Source: an uncultured beta proteobacterium (GTDB lineage Bacteria > Pseudomonadota > Gammaproteobacteria > Burkholderiales > Burkholderiaceae_C). From it: a DNA stretch of 64,000 nucleotides. The notes beneath the pieces are model-generated. The model made no database searches, was not told the origin of the DNA, and was given only the letters and a program-made list of their open reading frames with translations. Each line of letters opens with the position of its first letter. The first letter of the stretch is position 1. This document shows positions 56,473-64,000 of this stretch, in pieces. A program made the translations under genes and the position numbers. The stretch covers positions 148,298 through 212,297 of the forward strand of contig CAVUEF010000012.1 of NCBI GenBank assembly GCA_963740455.1, read 5' to 3'.

Positions 56473-57453
56473 ATGCAATATCGACGTCTGGGCCGTAGCG
56501 GCCTGCAGTTGAGCGAGTTGTCGCTCGGGTCCTGGGTGACCTATCACAACCAGGTCGACACCAAAGCGGCCACCGAAATGCTGGCCGCGGCGTTTGACGC
56601 CGGCATCAACTTCTTTGACAACGCCGAGGTCTATGCCAAGGGTCAGAGCGAAGTCGTGATGGGCGAGGCCTTCAAGGCTCTGAAATGGCCGCGGCTGAAT
56701 TTCGTGGTGTCGACCAAGTTCTTCTGGGGGCTTGAGCGCGAAGGCATGGCGGTCAACCGCCGCGACACCTTGAACCGCAAGTACCTGATGCAGGCCATCG
56801 ACGGCTCGCTCAAGCGCATGCAGCTCGACTTCATCGACCTGATTTATTGCCATCGCGCCGACCCGCACACACCGGTCGAAGAAACCGTGCGGGCCATGAG
56901 CGACATCATCGACCAGGGCAAGGCCTTGTACTGGGGCACCAGCGAATGGAGCGCCGACGAAATACGCGCCGCCTACGAGGTTGCCGAGCGGCATCATCTG
57001 CACAAGCCGGTGATGGAGCAGCCGCAATACCATCTGTTCCACCGCCAGCGCGTCGAGCAGGAATACGCGCGGCTTTACGAGGACATCGGCCTGGGTCTGA
57101 CCACCTGGAGTCCGCTGGCCTCGGGCCTGTTGACCGGCAAATACCAGGCCGGCATACCCGAGGGCAGCCGCGGCGCACTGGAGAGCATGGCCTTCTTGCG
57201 CGACGGCCTGACCGATCCGACGAAGAATGCCGCCGTTGCGAAGCTCGCCGAAATTGCCGCCGAGCTTGGCGGCAATGTGGCGCAGCTGGCGATTGCCTGG
57301 GTCAACAAGAACCCGCGCGTCTCGACCGTGATTCTGGGCGCCAGCAAGCTCAGCCAGTTGCAGGACAACCTGGGCGCCTTGGCCATCACACCCAAGCTCA
57401 CGCCCGAGGTGGTGGCACGCATCGACGCCATCGCCAAGCCGCTCGCCGTTTAA
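56473..57453 (+). CDS. aldo/keto reductase (Kv-beta-like subfamily)
   Basis: 326 aa. [22 protein letters not shown]-terminus, [19 protein letters not shown] motifs. Confidence 0.85.
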   Translation: MQYRRLGRSGLQLSELSLGSWVTYHNQVDTKAATEMLAAAFDAGINFFDNAEVYAKGQSEVVMGEAFKALKWPRLNFVVSTKFFWGLEREGMAVNRRDTLNRKYLMQAIDGSLKRMQLDFIDLIYCHRADPHTPVEETVRAMSDIIDQGKALYWGTSEWSADEIRAAYEVAERHHLHKPVMEQPQYHLFHRQRVEQEYARLYEDIGLGLTTWSPLASGLLTGKYQAGIPEGSRGALESMAFLRDGLTDPTKNAAVAKLAEIAAELGGNVAQLAIAWVNKNPRVSTVILGASKLSQLQDNLGALAITPKLTPEVVARIDAIAKPLAV

Positions 57454-58263
57454 GCCTGCGACTCGCCCGCGTCTTGCTCGAAGCCCTGGGCTTTGAGCAG
57501 GGCGCGCAGCTGCCCGGAAATCCTGCCCATCGCAATCGGGCTGTACTTCAGCTCGCTCGTATAGAACTGCGCCAAAGTCTTGATGCCATGCGCTTCGAAC
57601 TGGGCCGCCATATCGGGACCCATGTCGAGATAGCGCTTCCAGCCGCTGGCTTCGCGCGCCTGGTACAGCGCCGTGATCTCCGCGTCGCTGTGCGCCCGAT
57701 AGACCTCGTCGTGCACATAGGCGCGCAGCGGCAGGCGCTCGCGCGCCGCCGGAGCCTCGTCCGGATAGCCGACCACCAGGCTGGTGACCGGAAACACGGT
57801 CTCGGGCAGCTCCAGAAATTCGGCAATCGCGGGCGCTTCGTTGAGCGTCGTGCCCATATAGCAAATCCCGAGACCGCGCGCTTCGAACGCCAGCGCAACG
57901 GTTTGCGACAGGATGATGGCGTCGAACGCTGCGACCAGGAAGCCGTGGAAGTTGTTGAAGTTGTCGCGCGCGCCGTGCATGCGCAGCCAGTGGCGCGTGC
58001 GCTGCGTGTCGGCATTGAAGGTGATGACGAGCGGCGCTTGCCGCACCATGTCCTGCCGAAGATGCAGCTCGTACAGGCGCGCGCGGCGCGCGGCATCGCG
58101 CGTCAGCACCATGCTGAAGGTGTTCAGATTGCCCGAGCTCGAGGCGCCCGCAATCGCATCAGCGCAGCACCTCTTCGATCAGCGCCGGCTCGATCGGTGT
58201 GCTCTGGTACTTGCGTATCGAGCGGTGCGCGCGCAACAGCGCGGAGAGATCGGTAGGGCTCAT
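57450..58263 (-). pseudogene. NfsA-like NADPH nitroreductase gene with a +1 frameshift (or sequencing error) near nt 58160
   Basis: ATG 58263 opens MSPTDLSALLRAHRSIRKYQSTPIEPALIEEVLR and hits TGA at 58161-58159. The homologous continuation (..ADAIAGASSSGNLNTFSMVLTRD..) runs in the adjacent frame to stop 57450. The largest intact ORF (from 58112) lacks the N-terminal FMN-binding segment. Confidence 0.55.
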
Positions 58264-58458
58264 GGGGTATTTCCAGGGTCAGGTGTTGACGACGATGTCA
58301 CGCACGCGGCTGCTTGGACAGGCGATTCGACCAGCGGCCGGCCGCCGCAATGACGGCTCGCATGGGCACCAGTCTAGCGGCGGCGCAAGCGGTTCAAGCG
58401 TGGCTTGGGTCACCAAGTAAAATCCACGGTTTCCCCTCAACGCAAATCCGGACCTCCC

Positions 58459-60519
58459 ATGGGCAACACCGCTGTCAGTTCCACCTCCCTGATGGCCAAC
58501 GCGATTCGCGCATTGGCCATGGACGCCGTACAGCAGGCCAACTCGGGACATCCCGGCGCGCCGATGGGCATGGCCGAGATGGCCGTCGCGCTGTGGCGCC
58601 GCCACCTCAAGCACAATCCGGCCAATCCGCAATGGGCGAATCGCGACCGCTTTGTGCTGAGCAACGGCCACGGCTCGATGCTGATCTACGCCTTGCTGCA
58701 CCTGACCGGCTACGCGATGCCGATGAGTGAGCTGCGCAACTTCCGCACCCTGCACAGCAAGACGCCGGGCCACCCCGAGGCGGGGCTCACGCCCGGCGTC
58801 GAGACCACCACCGGCCCCTTGGGCCAGGGCCTCAGCAATGCGGTGGGCATGGCGCTGGCCGAGAAGCTGCTCGCCCATGAATTCAATCGCGACGGCCACG
58901 CCATCGTCGACCATCACACCTATGTGTTCATGGGTGACGGCTGCCTGATGGAAGGCATCAGCCACGAAGCCTGCGCCCTGGCCGGTGCGTGGAAACTGAG
59001 CAAGCTGATCGCGCTGTACGACGACAACGGCATTTCGATCGACGGCCAGGTCGCGCCCTGGTTCATCGACAACACGCCAAAGCGTTTCGAGGCCTATGGC
59101 TGGAACGTGATCGCCGATGTCGACGGCCAAGACGTGGCTGCGGTCGATGCGGCCATCGCCAAGGCCAAATCAAGCGCGACCCGGCCCACGCTGATCTGCT
59201 GCAAGACCACCATCGGCAAGGGCGCGCCGAACCGCGGCGGCACGGCCAAGGCGCATGGCGAGCCGCTCGGCGCCGACGAGATCAAGCTGACACGCGAGGC
59301 GCTGGCTTGGCCGCACGCACCGTTCGTGATTCCCGAAGAGGTCTATACGTCCTGGGATTGCCGCCACACCGGCCTGGCTGCCGAGAGCGCCTGGGTCGAT
59401 GCGTTCGAAGCCTATGGCAAGGCCTATCCCGACTTGGCGCTCGAACTGAATCGCCGCATGAACGGCACACTGCCCAAGCACTTCGCCCAGGTCGCGGTCG
59501 ACGCCGTGATTGCCGCGCACACTTCGGCGCAGACTGTCGCCAGCCGCAAGGCCAGCCAGATCGCGCTGGAGGCATTCACCGGCGCGCTGCCCGAACTGCT
59601 GGGCGGCAGCGCCGACCTGACCGGCTCGAATCTGACCAACACCAGCCATACGCCGGCGCTGCGCTTCGACGCCGACGGCGCCAGCAACGGTGGCCGCCAC
59701 ATCAACTACGGCGTGCGCGAATTCGGCATGGCCGCCATCATGAACGGCGTCGCCCTGCATGGCGGATTCATTCCCTATGGCGGCACGTTCCTGACCTTCA
59801 GCGACTACAGCCGCAATGCCATCCGCATGGCAGCGCTGATGAAGTTGCGCGTCGTGCACGTGTTCACGCACGACTCGATCGGCCTGGGTGAAGACGGCCC
59901 GACGCACCAGAGCATCGAGCATGCCGCCAGCCTGCGTCTGATCCCGGGGCTGGACGTCTGGCGCCCGGCCGACACGGCCGAGACAGCCGTGGCCTGGACC
60001 ATGGCGATCGCCAACGCCGAGCGCCCCAGCGCGCTGCTGCTGAGCCGGCAGAACCTGCCCTATGCACCCAAGGCGGGCTCGGACGCGGCACCCGATTCGT
60101 CCGGGCTGGACGCCATCGCCAAGGGCGCTTATGTGCTGGCCGAACCCTCCGAGGTGGGGTTGGGCAAGAAGCCGAAAGCCGTCATCATCGCCACCGGCTC
60201 CGAGGTGCAGCTCGCGCTGCATGCGCAGCAGCTGTTGGCCCAAAGCGGCATTGCCGTGCGTGTCGTCTCGATGCCCAGCAACACCGTGTTCGACCGCCAG
60301 TCGGTGGACTACAAGAAAAGCGTGCTGCCGACAGGCGTGCCGCGCATCGCCGTCGAAATGGGTGTCACCGACGGTTGGTGGAAATACGGCTGCGCCGCGG
60401 TGGTCGGTATCGACCGCTACGGCGAATCGGCGCCGGCGCCGGCGCTCTTCAAACACTTCGGCTTCACGGTTGAAAATGTGGTGGACACTGTCAAGGTGGT
60501 GCTTGGCAAAAAGCGTTGA
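58459..60519 (+). CDS. tkt: transketolase
   Basis: Start [29 protein letters not shown] and [15 protein letters not shown] motifs. Confidence 0.95.
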   Translation: MGNTAVSSTSLMANAIRALAMDAVQQANSGHPGAPMGMAEMAVALWRRHLKHNPANPQWANRDRFVLSNGHGSMLIYALLHLTGYAMPMSELRNFRTLHSKTPGHPEAGLTPGVETTTGPLGQGLSNAVGMALAEKLLAHEFNRDGHAIVDHHTYVFMGDGCLMEGISHEACALAGAWKLSKLIALYDDNGISIDGQVAPWFIDNTPKRFEAYGWNVIADVDGQDVAAVDAAIAKAKSSATRPTLICCKTTIGKGAPNRGGTAKAHGEPLGADEIKLTREALAWPHAPFVIPEEVYTSWDCRHTGLAAESAWVDAFEAYGKAYPDLALELNRRMNGTLPKHFAQVAVDAVIAAHTSAQTVASRKASQIALEAFTGALPELLGGSADLTGSNLTNTSHTPALRFDADGASNGGRHINYGVREFGMAAIMNGVALHGGFIPYGGTFLTFSDYSRNAIRMAALMKLRVVHVFTHDSIGLGEDGPTHQSIEHAASLRLIPGLDVWRPADTAETAVAWTMAIANAERPSALLLSRQNLPYAPKAGSDAAPDSSGLDAIAKGAYVLAEPSEVGLGKKPKAVIIATGSEVQLALHAQQLLAQSGIAVRVVSMPSNTVFDRQSVDYKKSVLPTGVPRIAVEMGVTDGWWKYGCAAVVGIDRYGESAPAPALFKHFGFTVENVVDTVKVVLGKKR

Positions 60520-60529
60520 TGGGTGTTGA

Positions 60530-61582
<1,053 letters not shown>

Positions 61583-61604
61583 GCAAGTTTCGCAACGAGA
61601 CGAG

Positions 61605-61627
61605 AAGGCCCTGCGGGGCCTTTTTGC
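61605..61627 (+). terminator. rho-independent terminator after gap
   Basis: Stem AAGGCCC / GGGCCTT with loop TGCG, followed by TTTGCGTTT. Confidence 0.7.
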
Positions 61628-61840
61628 GTTTCGGCCGCCTCGGGCCGTGAGTGCCTGGACCGGCCAATTGTTACCCGAGGTAAAGCCGCGCCAGATCGGC
61701 ACACGCCCGCTTCCAATCCAGGCCCATCTGAGGTCTGATGCGGCAGCTGATCTGCTTGTCTTGCCGCCCTTCCTGCGCCCCTGACCGGACACCATGGCCT
61801 GCGTCACCACTGAACTGAAATCGACCGAGAGCATTGCACG

Positions 61841-63925
61841 ATGAAATTCCTTCGTTCCGTATGGCTGATCACGGCGCTCGGCGTCCTGCCGGCCTTGCCC
61901 TCGGGTATCGCTGCTGCTGCGACGAACGCGGCGACCACGCCCGTGGCGGCGGCAGCAAGCGCGCGCCTGATCGTGCGGTTCAAGGCCGGCGCGGCCAGCC
62001 TGCGCGCCAAGGCCCTGTCGGCCAACGCCAGCGCCAGCGACGCGGCCAGCATCACGCAAAGCCGGGCGCAAAACCTGGGTCGCCGCATGGGCCTTGCGCT
62101 GGTGGCCGGACGCGCGCTCGACGAACGCACCCAGGTCGTCACCGCAAGCGGCCAGGACGCCCGCGCGCTGGCGCAAAGCCTGAGCCGCGACGCCGAGGTC
62201 GAATGGGTCGCCATCGACCAGCGCCGCCAGCATTACGCCGTGCCGAGCGACCCGCGATTTCTGAGCTCGGCCGACACGGGCGTGTCGGGCGGGCCGAGCG
62301 TCGGCCAGTGGTATCTGAAAGCGCCCGACCCGGTCGGCTACTCGCCGGTACGGCCCGGCGGCAACATCGTCTCCAGCATCAACGCCGTCGGCGCCTGGGA
62401 TCACACGACCGGCAGCGCCAGCATCGTGGTGGCCGTGCTCGACACCGGCGTGCGCTATGACCACCCTGATCTGACTGACAAGCTGCTGCCCGGCTACGAC
62501 ATGATCAGCCAGGCCGTGATTGCCAATGACGGCGATGCGCGCGACCCCGATGCCAGCGACCCGGGCGATTGGGTCAGCGTCCAAGACACGACCGGCGTCA
62601 ATCAGGCGACCTTCGCGGGCTGCACGATCGGGGACAGCTCCTGGCACGGCACACAGACAGCGGGACTGATCGGCGCGATGAGCAACAATGGCGTTGGCAT
62701 GGCCGGCGTCTCGTGGGGCTCGAAAATCCTGCCGGTGCGGGTGCTGGGCAAATGCGGCGGCTACGACTCCGACATCGTGGCCGGCATGCGGTGGGCGGCC
62801 GGGCTGAGCGTGCCCGGCGAGCCGGTCAACCCGACGCCGGCGCGGGTGTTGAACCTGAGCCTGGGCAGCAACGGCAGTTGCGACACGAATGCCAGCACCA
62901 ACCCCGGAGGAGCGTCCGCTGCCGGCACCGCCACGCTGTACGTCGAGGCCATCAGGGACGTGAATGCGCAGGGCGCGGTCGTGGTGGTGGCGGCCGGCAA
63001 TACCACCGGACACGCCGTCAATCTGCCTGCCAACTGCGCCGGCGTGATTGGCGTGGTGGCGTTGCGCCACGTCGGCACCAAGGTCGGATTTTCGGATATC
63101 GGGCCCGAGATCACCATCGCAGCACCGGGCGGCAACTGCGTCAACGTCGGGCCACACGATCCTTGCCTGTACCCGATGCTCAGCACCAGCAACAGCGGTC
63201 TCACCGGGCCCGCACTGAGCACCTATACCGATGCCTACAACTACGCGGTGGGCACCAGTTTCACGGCGCCTTTGGTCGCCGGCACCGTGGCCTTGATGCT
63301 GTCGCAACGACCAAGCTTGCTGCCCGGCGAAATCATCAAGGTGCTCAAGGGCACGGCGCGCGCCTTCCCCAGCCCGAGCACCAACACCGGCACGCCGGTC
63401 TGCACCGTCCCTACGGCCAGCTCTGTCGACCAGCTCGAATGCCATTGCACCACCAGCACGTGCGGCGCGGGCATGCTCGACGCTTCGGCCGCCGTCGCCG
63501 CCGTGGCGGGTTTGCAGGCCCGCATCACCTCGACCCCGGCGGCGGCGCAAGTCGGCCAAGCGGTGCAACTCAGCGGCGCAGACAGCCAAACCGGCACCGG
63601 CCGGGGCATCAGCACCTATGCGTGGACGCTGGTGGACGGTGGCGGCGTCGTGAGCGGGTTCAGCTCGTCCACCAATGCCAGCACCGCCACGCTGCTGGCC
63701 AGCACGGCGGCAGGCAGCTTCACGGTGCGCTTGACCGTGACCGACGACCTGGGCTTGAGCGCCAGCAGCGACGCCAGCATCACGGTGGTGCCGGTGTCCG
63801 CACCCGCGCCCAGCCCGACACCCAGCGGCAGCGGTGGCGGCGCGGTCAGCCTTGCCTGGCTGCTGGGCTTGGCGCTCGCTGTGGCCGGCCTGGGGCTGGG
63901 TCGCCGCCGGTCTGCGCGGCGCTGA
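61841..63925 (+). CDS. secreted S8 (subtilisin-like) serine peptidase with a GlyGly-CTERM-type sorting tail
   Basis: Signal peptide. Catalytic triad contexts VAVLDTGV, SWHGTQTAG, GTSFTAPLVAG. C-terminus SGGGAVSLAWLLGLALAVAGLGLGRRRSARR. Confidence 0.9.
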   Translation: MKFLRSVWLITALGVLPALPSGIAAAATNAATTPVAAAASARLIVRFKAGAASLRAKALSANASASDAASITQSRAQNLGRRMGLALVAGRALDERTQVVTASGQDARALAQSLSRDAEVEWVAIDQRRQHYAVPSDPRFLSSADTGVSGGPSVGQWYLKAPDPVGYSPVRPGGNIVSSINAVGAWDHTTGSASIVVAVLDTGVRYDHPDLTDKLLPGYDMISQAVIANDGDARDPDASDPGDWVSVQDTTGVNQATFAGCTIGDSSWHGTQTAGLIGAMSNNGVGMAGVSWGSKILPVRVLGKCGGYDSDIVAGMRWAAGLSVPGEPVNPTPARVLNLSLGSNGSCDTNASTNPGGASAAGTATLYVEAIRDVNAQGAVVVVAAGNTTGHAVNLPANCAGVIGVVALRHVGTKVGFSDIGPEITIAAPGGNCVNVGPHDPCLYPMLSTSNSGLTGPALSTYTDAYNYAVGTSFTAPLVAGTVALMLSQRPSLLPGEIIKVLKGTARAFPSPSTNTGTPVCTVPTASSVDQLECHCTTSTCGAGMLDASAAVAAVAGLQARITSTPAAAQVGQAVQLSGADSQTGTGRGISTYAWTLVDGGGVVSGFSSSTNASTATLLASTAAGSFTVRLTVTDDLGLSASSDASITVVPVSAPAPSPTPSGSGGGAVSLAWLLGLALAVAGLGLGRRRSARR

Positions 63926-64000
63926 TCAGCGGCTCGCCGCGCTGGCCGTCGCGCCCGGGGCGGAGGCGGGCGCCGATGCCGACGCCGACGCTTCGGCTGG

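Overview
High-GC (about 65-68%) chromosomal segment, by gene content and codon style most likely from a denitrifying betaproteobacterium (Comamonadaceae-like; this is inference). All calls come from reading the ORF track and the DNA by eye, with no database search.

Layout:
1. nt 1-5072: a HAAT-type ABC amino-acid transporter operon and a hydrolase.
2. nt 5179-5840: a VapBC toxin-antitoxin pair.
3. nt 6284-12007: a 1907-aa tandem-duplicated UvrA-like ATPase.
4. nt 12008-22602: a lower-GC accessory patch. It holds two small cargo islets, each bracketed by a duplicated 3' end of a DNA-repair gene (uvrA-like, xthA). It also holds an IS1634-family insertion with target-site duplication that splits a small membrane-protein gene, plus cpdB, a hemerythrin and a PEP-CTERM protein.
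5. nt 22881-25190: a TonB-dependent receptor.
6. nt 25412-34933: a complete cd1 nitrite reductase and heme d1 cluster (nirS-M-C-F-DL-GH-J-N, divergent nirE) with a perfect FNR/Dnr box.
7. nt 34943-44464: the most interesting part, a nine-gene translationally coupled operon. It combines a CuA-type heme-copper oxidase lacking the cross-link tyrosine, ctaB and senC. It also encodes a second, very divergent stand-alone HCO subunit-I homolog, which is flanked by two paralogous diheme cytochrome b fusion proteins (cyt b-2x[4Fe-4S]-MvhD and cyt b-[2Fe-2S]-FNR). No norCB or qnor is present in the window. ctaA and a Dnr/NnrR-type regulator follow.
8. nt 46354-63925: housekeeping genes (kdsD-kdsC-lptC, tkt, gap and others), a frameshifted nitroreductase gene, and an S8 protease with a GlyGly-CTERM tail.

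Several REP-like repeat families are present. One sits exactly between stop and start codons of adjacent genes and also occurs in-frame inside the uvrA-like ORF.
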